Below are positions 28,393 through 42,850 of a DNA stretch of 64,000 bases, piece by piece. The notes beneath the pieces were generated by a model. It saw only the letters and a list, made by a program, of their open reading frames with translations, had not been told where the DNA came from and searched no databases. The stretch is from assembly GCA_964562135.1 (NCBI GenBank), contig CAZLSG010000006.1:1068-65067 (forward strand). The letters run 5' to 3'. Origin of the DNA: an uncultured Pseudoxanthomonas sp. GTDB lineage: Bacteria; Pseudomonadota; Gammaproteobacteria; Xanthomonadales; Xanthomonadaceae. Made by a program: the position numbers and the translations under genes. The stretch's first letter is position 1. Each line of letters opens with the position of its first letter.

Positions 28393-29619
28393 ATGCGAAG
28401 GAGATGGACCGGACTGGTGGGCCTGTGGCTGGCGGCTACGACCGCGACTACGGCTGTGGCGCAGGAAACACCGGGCGCGGCGACGCGCGATCCCGCGTTT
28501 TCGCAGTGCCTGGCCGGATTGAAATCGCAGGCCGCCGCCCAGGGCGTCAATGCGGCCACCTTCCAGCGCCATACCGGCGATCTGGTGCCGGACCTGAGCG
28601 TGCTGGATCTGCTCAATGCGCAACCGGAGTTCACCACGCCGTTGTGGGACTACCTGGCCGGACTGGTGGACGAGGAGCGCGTCACCGATGGCCGGGCGAT
28701 GCTGGCCACTCATCGCGACCTGCTGCGGCAGGTCGCACAGCAATATGGCGTGGACGCGGAAACCGTGGTCGCGGTATGGGGCGTGGAGAGCGACTACGGA
28801 CGCATCTTCGGCAAGCGCCCGTTGCTGACCTCGCTGTCCACGCTGTCGTGCCATGGTCGGCGGCAGGCGTTCTTCCGCGGCGAATTCATCGCCATGCTCA
28901 AGCTGCTGCAGGCCGGCGACATCGTCGCCGAGGGGTTGGTCGGCTCGTGGGCGGGTGCGTTCGGGCATACCCAGTTCATGCCGTCCACCTATGCACGCAT
29001 CGCCGTGGATGGCGATGGCGACGGGCGCCGCGATCTGGTCGGCAGCATTCCGGATGCGCTGGCTTCGACTGCGAATTACCTCAAGCGCGCCGGCTGGCGC
29101 ACCGGCCAGCCTTGGGGATACGAAGTGAAAGTGCCCGCGGGTTTCGATGCCTCGCTCGCCGGACGCGGCAAGCGCCGCCCGCTGTCCGACTGGGTCGCGC
29201 GCGGGGTGACGCGGGTGGACGGCACCGCCATCGCGCCTTCGGACACCGCCGCCGCGCTGTTGCTGCCAACCGGCGCCAAAGGACCGGCCTTCCTGGTGTT
29301 CCGCAACTACGATGCGATCTACTCGTACAACGCGGCCGAGAGTTACGCGCTGGCCATCGCCTTGCTGTCGGATCGCCTGCGCGGCGGGGCCGGGTTGTCG
29401 ACGCCCTGGCCCACCGACGACCCCGGCCTGTCGCGTGCCGAGCGTCGGGAGCTCCAGCAACTACTGTTGGCGCGCGGCCATGCCATCGGCGAAGCCGACG
29501 GGTTGATCGGCACCCTGACCCGGCGCGCGATACAGGCCGAGCAGCAACGGCTGGGCCTGTCGCCCGCCGATGGCCGCGCCGGCCGGAAGGTCCTCGAGGC
29601 TTTGCAGGCCGGACGTTGA
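28393..29619 (+). CDS. lytic murein transglycosylase (MltB/Slt35-like) with C-terminal peptidoglycan-binding domain
   Basis: Signal peptide. Motifs WGVESDYG, GAFGHTQFMPSTY and YNAAESYA. The C-terminal PG_binding_1-like repeat is LQQLLLARGHAIGEADGLIGTLTRRAI. ATG at 28393 after GGAGG. Confidence 0.85.
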   Translation: MRRRWTGLVGLWLAATTATTAVAQETPGAATRDPAFSQCLAGLKSQAAAQGVNAATFQRHTGDLVPDLSVLDLLNAQPEFTTPLWDYLAGLVDEERVTDGRAMLATHRDLLRQVAQQYGVDAETVVAVWGVESDYGRIFGKRPLLTSLSTLSCHGRRQAFFRGEFIAMLKLLQAGDIVAEGLVGSWAGAFGHTQFMPSTYARIAVDGDGDGRRDLVGSIPDALASTANYLKRAGWRTGQPWGYEVKVPAGFDASLAGRGKRRPLSDWVARGVTRVDGTAIAPSDTAAALLLPTGAKGPAFLVFRNYDAIYSYNAAESYALAIALLSDRLRGGAGLSTPWPTDDPGLSRAERRELQQLLLARGHAIGEADGLIGTLTRRAIQAEQQRLGLSPADGRAGRKVLEALQAGR

Positions 29620-29629
29620 CAGCTCTTGT

Positions 29630-29702
29630 GTAGGAGCGGCCCTTGGCCGCGATGCTTTTCATCGTCTGATCGGAAAGCATCGCGGCCAAGGGCCGCTCCT
29701 AC
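29630..29702. repeat. REP-like palindrome, family 1; probable terminator of the transglycosylase gene
   Basis: Perfect 29-bp inverted repeat: GTAGGAGCGGCCCTTGGCCGCGATGCTTT (29630-29658) pairs with AAAGCATCGCGGCCAAGGGCCGCTCCTAC (29674-29702), with a 15-nt loop. It has the same GTAGGAGCGG core as 8834-8902. Confidence 0.8.
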
Positions 29703-29756
29703 AGGGAGCAGGTCCGCCAAGAGGTAAACTGTGCGTCTTTCGCCGGATGGATCCGT

Positions 29757-31028
29757 GTGACGCTTTCCCTGCAACAGCCCGGCGTGCGCCGCGCCGCGAT
29801 TATCTTCATCTTCATCACCGTGCTGATCGACATCCTGGCCTTCGGGGTGATCATTCCGGTGCTGCCGGCGCTGGTGAAGCAGTTCACCGACGGCGACCAG
29901 GCGCGCGCGGCGATCTGGGTGGGCGTGTTCGGCACGCTGTTCTATGCCATCCAGTTCGTGTTCGCGCCGGTGCAGGGCGCGTTGTCGGACCGGCACGGGC
30001 GGCGTCTGGTGATCCTGCTGTCGTGCCTGGGGCTGGGCATCGATTTCGTGCTGATGGCGGTGGCCAACACCTTGCCCTTGTTGCTGCTGGCGCGGGTATT
30101 CTCGGGCATCTTCTCGGCCAGTTTCACCACCGCCAACGCCTATATCGCCGATGTCACCGTGCCGGAAAAGCGCGCACGGGCCTACGGGCTGATCGGCGCG
30201 GCGTTTGGCGTCGGTTTCGTGATTGGCCCGCTGATCGGCGGCACGCTGGGCGAAATCGACCTGCGGCTGCCGTTCTGGTTCGCCGGCGGGCTGGCGTTGC
30301 TCAACTTCCTGTACGGCTGGTTCGTGCTGCCCGAATCGCTGCCGCCGGAGAAGCGGGCGAAGAAGTTCGACTGGTCGCATGCCAATCCGCTGGGATCGCT
30401 TCTGCTGCTGCGGCGCTATCCGAAGGTGTTGGGCCTGGCGCTGGTGATGTTCATCGCCAATCTGGCGCACTACGTGTATCCGAGCGTGTTCGTGCTGTTC
30501 GCCGACTACCGTTTCGGCTGGGGGCCGAAGGAGGTCAGCTGGGTGCTGGCGCTGGTGGGCGTGTTCAGCGTGATCGTCAACGCCCTGCTGGTGGGACGGG
30601 TGGTGAAGCGGTTGGGCGAACCGCGCACGCTTTTGCTGGGCCTGTCCTGCGGCGTCATCGGTTTCATCGTGTACGGGCTGGCGCCGGAGGGCTGGATATT
30701 CCTGCTCGGTTTGCCGGTCAGCGCGTTGTGGGCATTGGCAGCGCCGGCCACGCAGGCGCTGATCACCCGGCAGGTGGGCGAGCAGGAGCAGGGCCGCGTG
30801 CAGGGTGCGTTGATGAGCTTGGTCAGCCTGTCCGGGATCATCGGACCGTTGCTGTTCGCCGGCACCTTCGCCTGGTTCATCGGGCCGCGTGCGCCGCTGC
30901 ACCTGCCGGGTGCGCCATGGCTGCTGGCGGCATCGTTGCTGCTCTGCGGTGCGCTGCTGGCCGCGCGTTACGCGTGGCCGGCCAAAGCGCGGTTGACGGC
31001 GCGGACAGAAGAAAACCGGGGGGCGTGA
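29757..31028 (+). CDS. MFS transporter, TCR/Tet(A)-like family
   Basis: 12-TM MFS with an N-terminus (IIFIFITVLIDILAFGVIIPVLP) and a GALSDRHGRR motif typical of TetA-like efflux pumps. GTG start. Substrate cannot be inferred. Confidence 0.8.
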   Translation: MTLSLQQPGVRRAAIIFIFITVLIDILAFGVIIPVLPALVKQFTDGDQARAAIWVGVFGTLFYAIQFVFAPVQGALSDRHGRRLVILLSCLGLGIDFVLMAVANTLPLLLLARVFSGIFSASFTTANAYIADVTVPEKRARAYGLIGAAFGVGFVIGPLIGGTLGEIDLRLPFWFAGGLALLNFLYGWFVLPESLPPEKRAKKFDWSHANPLGSLLLLRRYPKVLGLALVMFIANLAHYVYPSVFVLFADYRFGWGPKEVSWVLALVGVFSVIVNALLVGRVVKRLGEPRTLLLGLSCGVIGFIVYGLAPEGWIFLLGLPVSALWALAAPATQALITRQVGEQEQGRVQGALMSLVSLSGIIGPLLFAGTFAWFIGPRAPLHLPGAPWLLAASLLLCGALLAARYAWPAKARLTARTEENRGA

Positions 31029-31035
31029 CGGTCGA

Positions 31036-31386
31036 TCAGAGGCCGTGCTTGCCGAACTCGGTGCTGAGCGCGAAGACCAGCCTGGCGATTTCGGGGGTCA
31101 GGCAGGTATTGAAAGTGGCGGTGTCGTCGCAGCGCGAAGCGATTTCCTGCGAGCGACGGCGCAGTTCGAAGTTCGCCAAGACGTTGCGCGCCTGATTGAA
31201 GCATTGCTGGCCGGGCGAGCCCTGGCGCAGCTCGCCATGTTTCGCCGTGCAGAGGGAAATGGCGCTGGCCAGCGCGGCCGAGTTGACTGCGTACAGCGCG
31301 GGGTCGGCGGTGGGCGAGGCGGCCTGCGCCCAAGCGGTGGAGGGGGCGGCCATCAGCAGGATGGCCAGCAGAATGAAGATGCGCAT
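31036..31386 (-). CDS. secreted hypothetical protein (4 Cys)
   Basis: 116 aa from the ATG at 31384-31386, preceded by AGGAGA. Signal peptide MRIFILLAILLMAAPSTAWA. No family recognised. Confidence 0.5.
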   Translation of the reverse strand: MRIFILLAILLMAAPSTAWAQAASPTADPALYAVNSAALASAISLCTAKHGELRQGSPGQQCFNQARNVLANFELRRRSQEIASRCDDTATFNTCLTPEIARLVFALSTEFGKHGL

Positions 31387-31465
31387 GGAATGTTCTCCTG
31401 TCGGCGCATTGTAAGAGGCCCTTCCCCCGCGATGGCCAGCTTCGGCGACGACTGTCCGCAAGGGT

Positions 31466-32347
31466 TCAGGCAGGGTGGGCGGAGGTCCGCCGTTGCGCGG
31501 CCTCGGCCCAGCGCTGCGCCACGGTTGGCGAGGTGATGCACACGGCCGTGTCGGTCACGGTGGTGACCGCGCGTTCCAGCAACTGGATGTCGGCTTCGTG
31601 CTGGCGGGCCACGTGCGGGTCTTCGAAGAAGATCGCGCGCTGGCAGCGCCGTTCCAGCACCAGGTCGGCGATCTGCGCGTCGCCACCCAGCGGGCCGCTC
31701 TGGTAGCGGTGGACCCAGGGGCGATCCTGCGGCCAGCCGCGACTCCACGCCAGCTCGTTGAGGCGTTGCCCGGTGGTACCGGTGCCGACGCGGTGGGCGA
31801 AGCGCGAGAGCAGGCCGAAGTGGCGGTCGGCGAAATCCAGCATGGCCGGTTTCATCGCATCGTGCGCGATCAGTGCCGCGGTCTGTGTTTCCAGCGCATA
31901 CAGGCCGTCGGCACCGGGGTCCGGCGGCAATCCGGCATGCAGGCGCTCGGTTTCGATCCAGTCGCGCGCCGAGGCCACGGTGGAGATGAACGGTTTGCCG
32001 TGGATCACGCACTGCCGCTTGAGTGCGACGGCTTCCGGAAAGATGGATGAGGGATCGACCGGATCGATCAGGTAGATCGCGCCATCCAGCGTGCGTTCCG
32101 GGCTGCCCAGGCCCACGACTTCGGCCACCAGCTTCATCAGGCCGCCTTCGCGGCCATAGGGGTGGCGCCTCAGGCCTGCATGGCCGTCCAGCAGGCCGGC
32201 ACCCACGATGGCGTCGTGGGTGCGGCCGACCGCATGCAATTCCAGTTGCAGTTCGCGGATGCCGGCTTCGCAGGCGCGCAGCCAGCGGAACAGGCCGGCA
32301 TCCCGGCCGGTGTGGTGCAGCCGGTTGGCGGCCAGGCCCAGGCGCAT
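31466..32347 (-). CDS. mgsA: tandem MGS-fold protein: degenerate N-terminal MGS-like domain + C-terminal methylglyoxal synthase domain
   Basis: The C-terminal half has MgsA hallmarks: LIAHDAMK, GTGTTG, SGPLGGDAQI, IFFEDP..HEADI. The N-terminal half aligns to the same fold (AIYLIDPVDP.., GKPFISTVASA) but lacks the HD and TGTTG motifs. ATG at 32345-32347. Confidence 0.7.
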   Translation of the reverse strand: MRLGLAANRLHHTGRDAGLFRWLRACEAGIRELQLELHAVGRTHDAIVGAGLLDGHAGLRRHPYGREGGLMKLVAEVVGLGSPERTLDGAIYLIDPVDPSSIFPEAVALKRQCVIHGKPFISTVASARDWIETERLHAGLPPDPGADGLYALETQTAALIAHDAMKPAMLDFADRHFGLLSRFAHRVGTGTTGQRLNELAWSRGWPQDRPWVHRYQSGPLGGDAQIADLVLERRCQRAIFFEDPHVARQHEADIQLLERAVTTVTDTAVCITSPTVAQRWAEAAQRRTSAHPA

Positions 32348-32393
32348 GCCGGGCCCGGTCAATGCCTGCCGGCGGCGGATGTCGCCTCCGGCA

Positions 32394-32981
32394 TCAGCGC
32401 ACGAAGGTTCCGGTCCGGCGCAGGTTGCGCACGCGCGATTGCGCCAGGAAGCTGATCGCCGCCAGCAGGACGAACACCACCAGCGTGCGCGAGTTGATCG
32501 GCATCAGCCCGTTGGGGGCCTGCATGCCGAACAGCAGGGCCAATCCGGTGACGCTGAAGTAGGCGCCCGCGAATGCCGAGGACAGGATGGTCAGCCAGCT
32601 GCCCAGGTAGCGGCCGGTGAAGGCGCCCACGCCCGCGCCACCCAGTGCGACCAGCGAGATCAGCCAGCCTGCGCCGAAACCGAAGAACGAAGTGAAGAAC
32701 AGTGCGGCGACCAGGCCGAGGATGGCGCCTGCCGCGTACACGGCGATGCCGACGAAGGAATACAGGATGCCGCCCACCGCCGCCCCCAGCACGATGGCGA
32801 TCAGGGTCTGGACCCATTGGTCGGGCGCGCCGCTCAACGAGCCCAGCGCGGCCGACACCAGCCCGAAACCGATGTAGAAGCCGGCAAACGCCAGCACCAC
32901 CCGGAACATGGAAGCGCCGTAGACCAGCATCACGGTACCGCAAGCCAGGGCGATGACGCCCCAGAGAAAGGTGTAGTCCAT
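32394..32981 (-). CDS. Gly-rich integral membrane protein, unknown function
   Basis: 195 aa from the ATG at 32979-32981. About 6 predicted TM helices rich in G/A/F. The upstream part of the track ORF is Arg-rich and discarded. Confidence 0.6.
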   Translation of the reverse strand: MDYTFLWGVIALACGTVMLVYGASMFRVVLAFAGFYIGFGLVSAALGSLSGAPDQWVQTLIAIVLGAAVGGILYSFVGIAVYAAGAILGLVAALFFTSFFGFGAGWLISLVALGGAGVGAFTGRYLGSWLTILSSAFAGAYFSVTGLALLFGMQAPNGLMPINSRTLVVFVLLAAISFLAQSRVRNLRRTGTFVR

Positions 32982-33055
32982 CGCGCATACCTCGGTTGGG
33001 TGGTGTGCGCGGATGGTAGCAAACAAATGTGAGACCGGAGGGTATCCGCCTGGTG

Positions 33056-38970
<5,915 letters not shown>

Positions 38971-39260
38971 CTCTGCCTCTGGAGCGGAAAGTGCGCGGGT
39001 CGTGGCGACACCCCGCCCTGCCCCGACAGCGGCATTTCAGGATGTCACCGGAACCCCGACTACAGCACAGTTGATGCAGTGCCGCAACACGGAAACGAAG
39101 TCGCGCACGATGGTTGCAATGGCAACTTTTCCCGGACGTTTCGCGCTGTTGTGGAAGCGATCAGGCCTGGGCGTGACGGGTTTTGCAGAGGTATTGCACA
39201 GGCGCGCGTGGATGTATCGCCCGGGTGGCGCTTCCGGAGGAAGCCGCCACGCATGGGACA

Positions 39261-39617
39261 TCAACCGCAGCGGGCGGCCGTCACCGTGCCGGCTTCGTCC
39301 ATGTCCAGGTTCAGGCGGTCGGGGTTGAAGTCCATCGTCACCATCTGGTCCGGCTTGATGGTGCGTACCGCTTCGGCGCCGGCATCCAGGCGGGCCTGTT
39401 CCACTTCGGCTTCGGTCACGGCCTTGCCGACCGTCCATTGCGCTTGGGTGTCGTCGCAACCGCCTTCGATCACTGGCTCGGCAGTTTCTGCTTCGGCGGC
39501 CGCCTGGGCAGCGGCCCGGGCCTGTTCGGCGGCAAGAGTCTGTTCGTCCGGTTCGGCTGCACTGCAGGCGGCCAAGACGACGGCGAGAAACACCACGGGC
39601 GGAACGAGTCGGGACAT
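39261..39617 (-). CDS. peptidase inhibitor I78 family lipoprotein (paralogue of 6865-7179)
   Basis: 118 aa from the ATG at 39615-39617. Lipobox LAVVLAAC. C-terminal pattern GGC..W.VGK..R.IKP...T.DF.PDRLNLD.D..G.V....CG. Confidence 0.7.
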   Translation of the reverse strand: MSRLVPPVVFLAVVLAACSAAEPDEQTLAAEQARAAAQAAAEAETAEPVIEGGCDDTQAQWTVGKAVTEAEVEQARLDAGAEAVRTIKPDQMVTMDFNPDRLNLDMDEAGTVTAARCG

Positions 39618-39759
39618 ACGGGGATTCCTGGCGGGGATGAGGTGGGTGCCCCATACCTTACCCAGTGCGGCCCGGGCCTGCCAGCGGGCATCCGTTTGCG
39701 GGCGGCGACGTGCAGACACAAGCGGCTGGCCGCAAGGAGGAGGAAGGGAAAGTACAGGA

Positions 39760-39790
39760 TGGCGCGCCCGGAGGGATTGGCTTCGGAAGC
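39760..39790 (-). repeat. decayed copy of the 3' half of tRNA-Arg(CCG) (att-type direct repeat, distal island boundary)
   Basis: 39760-39778 matches tRNA positions 44355-44373 at 18/19 nt. 39779-39790 matches 44390-44401 at 12/12 nt. The 16 nt of the T-arm (44374-44389) are missing. Orientation is the same as the intact tRNA. Confidence 0.75.
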
Positions 39791-40002
39791 TGTTGTCCAA
39801 GCGCGATTTGTAGCAACTTCAACTGATGCCGAGTGACCTGAAATGGTGTCGTTTACGCATAAGTCGTTGATTCATTTCGTCCAAGTTAAAACCACTGAAA
39901 CCGTTCCAGATCACCCTGCGCGGGAAATTGGCGGTGCCGTTTTGTCACAAGCAGTTGATCCAGAACGAATAACGGCCTGAATTTTTCTGCTCGGACAAGC
40001 GG

Positions 40003-40140
40003 GCTTCCAGCGGACACTCGTTTAGTTGGAGCAGATCATATCAATCGTGCCCGAAGATGCGCAGCAACAGGCGTTCCTGCTCAGCGCTCCGGATCAATCA
40101 TGACGCTCATCAACGAAACGGCTTGGCGGTTGGTATCGAC
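40003..40140. repeat. islet-internal repeat copy A1
   Basis: About 80% identical by eye to 43943-44054 (A2) at a constant offset of 3940 nt. The best block is 40038-40114 versus 43978-44054. It lies just downstream of the PF07929 gene. Confidence 0.55.
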
Positions 40141-40162
40141 TGTCTCTCCGGGAGTCGATCAG

Positions 40163-40783
40163 TCAGCGCTGTGACGCCAGATATGCCAGCAGGCGCTTCA
40201 GCCGTGGCGCCGGGTTGGCGAACTTGATCTGCTGTTCGTCGAAGGCTTCGGGGTCGAACTTGCCACGCCGCCCCTTCTGGCTGGTTGCCCAGACGTGGGA
40301 GGCGGCATACTCCTCGTTCTCGGGGTCGGCCAGGATCTCGAGCAGGCTTTCGTATCCGTATGGGCCGCCGCAATCGTCCGGTGGGGCGCTTCGCTCGCCG
40401 GCGGTGCAACGCGGATATTTCTTGCCCGGGGCTGCCATCAGCATCTCTTCGAGGATGACCGCGTGCTGCCAGCCGTCGCCGAAGTCGTATTCATATTCCA
40501 CGCTGGGATTGGCCGGGGTCAGGATATCGGCCACGCGATGCTGCCAGCCGGGCAGGGGCGGGTTGTCGTCGAAATCATCCAGCGGCATCCCGAATCGCGG
40601 GTGGGAGCCCCGCTCGCCCCAAGGCCGGAATTCGTGCAGGTGGGTGTCGTTCCAGGCGAAGGAACTCTGGATGGCGACGTGCAGATCCCAGAAGGTGTAG
40701 TTGCCGGGCACCTGCAGGCGGCGCCAGATCAGTGGCTCGATACGCAGTAGCTCAACGCGGAGTTGGAGGATGGGTGCGGACAT
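40163..40783 (-). CDS. plasmid pRiA4b ORF-3-like (PF07929 / MM3350-like) family protein
   Basis: 206 aa. The N-terminus ILQLRVELLRIEPLIWRRLQVPGNYTFWDLHVAIQ..W.D.HLHEF and the later YEYDFGDGW.H are the family pattern as recalled. Same strand as hipA, 111 nt downstream of it. Confidence 0.8.
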   Translation of the reverse strand: MSAPILQLRVELLRIEPLIWRRLQVPGNYTFWDLHVAIQSSFAWNDTHLHEFRPWGERGSHPRFGMPLDDFDDNPPLPGWQHRVADILTPANPSVEYEYDFGDGWQHAVILEEMLMAAPGKKYPRCTAGERSAPPDDCGGPYGYESLLEILADPENEEYAASHVWATSQKGRRGKFDPEAFDEQQIKFANPAPRLKRLLAYLASQR

Positions 40784-40894
40784 TCCGTTTTTAACTCAAG
40801 CCGAGCAGATAACAAGATCGGGACTTGTCCCAGGCCCGTTCCATTTTAATCACCGAGGAGATGGGTGCGCCTCGAGCCAGCATGGATTCTGGTC

Positions 40895-42265
40895 TCAATC
40901 TCCTGCCAGTCTCCTTGCCTCATGCTCCAGCCCCCGCAGTATTGGATTGGCGACGTGTTCCGGGAATCCGGCCGGCAGCATCGCCTCGATCGAGGTAACC
41001 ACCGCCGGTGTTTGTTCGACGATGTCGTTGATGAGCGTTTCCACCGTCCGTCCCTCCTCGTCCATCACGCCGTACCGCTTGCCAAGCGTCAGCCAATACC
41101 TGGGCAGGATATCCTTCATCTTCCAGTGCACATTGGCGGAACGGATCGCCATGGCCAACTTGACCTTGTACCCGGACAGCTTGTTCGGTGCATCGCCGAT
41201 GACAGGCCATGCTGACATCACGTCATACAGCGGGGTCAGTGCGTAGGTCCCCTTGGGACGAATGGACAGGCTGAAGTTCTTGGCGTGGCCGTCGGGCGCG
41301 CGCAGCATCCAGAACAGGAGTTGGGCCAGGAAGAAGGTGCGCCGATCCCGTTGCGGAGACCCAGAGGTGGCCAGCAGACCCATGATCCGGTCGATCCCCG
41401 GGCCGCCATCCGCTTCGTACTTCAAGTCGGCCGGCGTGCCGGTGGCCTGGCAGAAGTCTTCCTGCGGCAGCCGTGCCAGCCACTTGCCCCGCGGGCCATC
41501 CATCCACGTGCGGTCGAAACGCGTGACCGACAGCACCTTCATATCCTCGAATTGCAGGGGTTCGCAGTCGGCGACCGGTAGGCCGTAGGCGTCCAGGATC
41601 CGAGAACACAGCCATTCGTTCTCGATGGAATGGCGCAGGTCGAGCTGCATGTTCCCGACCAGGCCCATCGGCAGCTTGAGGATGTGCGTGGTCGGCGTCG
41701 AACCGTGCGGCCGGCACCACTGGCCGTCGATGTTCGTCAAAGCGGTTTTTTCCTGCGCCCCGGCGATGGAGATCCTGAAGCCGTCGTCATCTTCGAAAGT
41801 GCTGCCTCCCAATGCCGATGATGCCAACGTACCGCGCAGGATGGCCGCAATCTCGTGCTCGGCCAGAGGCGTTACCTCCACGGTGTCCACGTTTTCAGGC
41901 GTCATGCCATCGGGCAGGATCTGCAGCGCACCCACGCAGTCTCGTCCGATCTGGGCCAGCAGGTCGAAGGCATCGGTGGAGCGGGCGCGAAAGCGGCTTG
42001 CGGCCCGGGCACGGATGTCTTGGCTGTCCGGCAGCAGGTTGTCGAAGTAGGCCCGGACGACTTCGCCGCGGTGTGGTGTGCTCCCCGGGGTGAACGGCAG
42101 CGAGAGCGACAGTGGCCGGCCTTGCGGCGAGGTTTTCCAGTCCGCGTCGTACTCGAGCAGATCCTCGGAGCCGGATCCGATCCGCCAAGTGCCGACGAAC
42201 CCGCCGTTCATCCACAGGCCCAGCGCCTTCCGGCGCGAAGACCGTCGCGTGCTGGTCGTCACCAT
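40895..42265 (-). CDS. hipA: type II toxin HipA family serine/threonine kinase
   Basis: 456 aa. HipA N-terminal coupling region (LGLWMNGGFVGTW.., GRDCVGAL), AGAQEKTAL, and catalytic loop DGHAKNFS. Overlaps hipB by 7 nt. Confidence 0.9.
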   Translation of the reverse strand: MVTTSTRRSSRRKALGLWMNGGFVGTWRIGSGSEDLLEYDADWKTSPQGRPLSLSLPFTPGSTPHRGEVVRAYFDNLLPDSQDIRARAASRFRARSTDAFDLLAQIGRDCVGALQILPDGMTPENVDTVEVTPLAEHEIAAILRGTLASSALGGSTFEDDDGFRISIAGAQEKTALTNIDGQWCRPHGSTPTTHILKLPMGLVGNMQLDLRHSIENEWLCSRILDAYGLPVADCEPLQFEDMKVLSVTRFDRTWMDGPRGKWLARLPQEDFCQATGTPADLKYEADGGPGIDRIMGLLATSGSPQRDRRTFFLAQLLFWMLRAPDGHAKNFSLSIRPKGTYALTPLYDVMSAWPVIGDAPNKLSGYKVKLAMAIRSANVHWKMKDILPRYWLTLGKRYGVMDEEGRTVETLINDIVEQTPAVVTSIEAMLPAGFPEHVANPILRGLEHEARRLAGD

Positions 42266-42543
42266 CCGTTTGCCCCTTCCTCTGCGGCGGACGGGTTGCG
42301 GGAGGGAACCTCCTTTCCTTGCAGCACCATCTTCACGCCCAAGACGCTCAGCAGGTGCAGCAAGCGCTCGGCGCTGACCTTCTGGGCGTTGCGCTCCAGT
42401 GCGGACAATGTCTGTTGCGTGACTCCGAGGCTTGCTGCCACTTGTGCTTGGGTCAGCCCGCTTTCCTTGCGGAAGGCCTTCAGCAAGGCAGGAAGTTGTT
42501 CGGCGGCATGGACGGTGTACTGACCCACAAGCACAAATTCCAA
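42259..42543 (-). CDS. hipB: HipB-type XRE-family HTH antitoxin
   Basis: HTH GLTQAQVAASLGVTQQTLSALERN. C-terminal Trp as in E. coli HipB. The start is uncertain: TTG at 42543 or GTG at 42534 or 42528. There is no in-frame ATG before residue ~70. Confidence 0.8.
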   Translation of the reverse strand: MEFVLVGQYTVHAAEQLPALLKAFRKESGLTQAQVAASLGVTQQTLSALERNAQKVSAERLLHLLSVLGVKMVLQGKEVPSRNPSAAEEGANGW

Positions 42544-42559
42544 GATGTATTTATTGATT

Positions 42560-42592
42560 ACAGTTTATAGACTGTTCTAAAGAAAAACACAA
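42560..42592 (-). promoter_or_regulatory. putative hipBA promoter with overlapping palindromic operator
   Basis: On the minus strand, TTGTGT (42587-42592), a 17-nt spacer, then TATAAA (42564-42569). The near-perfect 16-bp palindrome ACAGTCTATAAACTGT (42560-42575) covers the -10. Confidence 0.45.
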
Positions 42593-42665
42593 CAGAGACT
42601 GTAATTGTTGCTTTCGAGTCGGCACATCCAGTCAGATCATTGAATGTGACCGGGTCGGGTCAGGC
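42592..42665. repeat. islet-internal repeat copy B1
   Basis: ACAGAGACTGTAATTGTTGCTTTCGAGTCGGCACATCCAGTCAGATCATTGAATGTGACCGGGTCGGGTCAGG resembles 44057-44131 (B2) at roughly 65-70% identity by eye. It lies directly upstream of the hipB promoter. Confidence 0.5.
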
Positions 42666-42789
42666 GGAAGATAGTTCGTTCTTGATCTGGTTCATGGGAT
42701 CAGGCATGTTCTATCGACGATCCGCTACTTTTATCCCTGTAGGGCTCTTTTTATCTACTATATTCCTTCCTTTATGGAATAAATGTGCT

Positions 42790-42795
42790 TATAAT
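42790..42795 (+). promoter_or_regulatory. consensus -10 box (TATAAT) upstream of the HTH/Fic operon
   Basis: TATAAT lies 55 nt upstream of the ATG at 42851, in an AT-rich region. The -35 (TTCCTT at 17-nt spacing) is weak. It is flanked by the related palindromic motifs CCCTGTAGGG (42735-42744) and CCCTATAAGG (42801-42810). Confidence 0.35.
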
Positions 42796-42850
42796 TTAAG
42801 CCCTATAAGGCATAAAAATATCTCCTCTTTAGTCCATACAAGGCATATCC

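Noticed and set aside
29757-31028. Calling the TetA-like MFS pump a tetracycline resistance determinant
   Set aside because: The family resemblance is only at the level of generic TCR/Tet MFS motifs. It is a chromosomal gene with native GC, no tetR neighbour and no mobile context.
39844-39981. 45-aa plus-strand ORF (MVSFTHKSLIHFVQVKTTE..) at the left end of the islet
   Set aside because: No RBS, no recognisable family, and it sits in AT-rich DNA where random ORFs of this size are expected.
40085-40114. 9-codon mini-ORF conserved in both A repeats on the minus strand (MSVMIDPER in A1, MSAVTDPER in A2 at 44021-44050)
   Set aside because: It is too short, no Shine-Dalgarno precedes either copy, and the conservation is explained by the DNA repeat itself.
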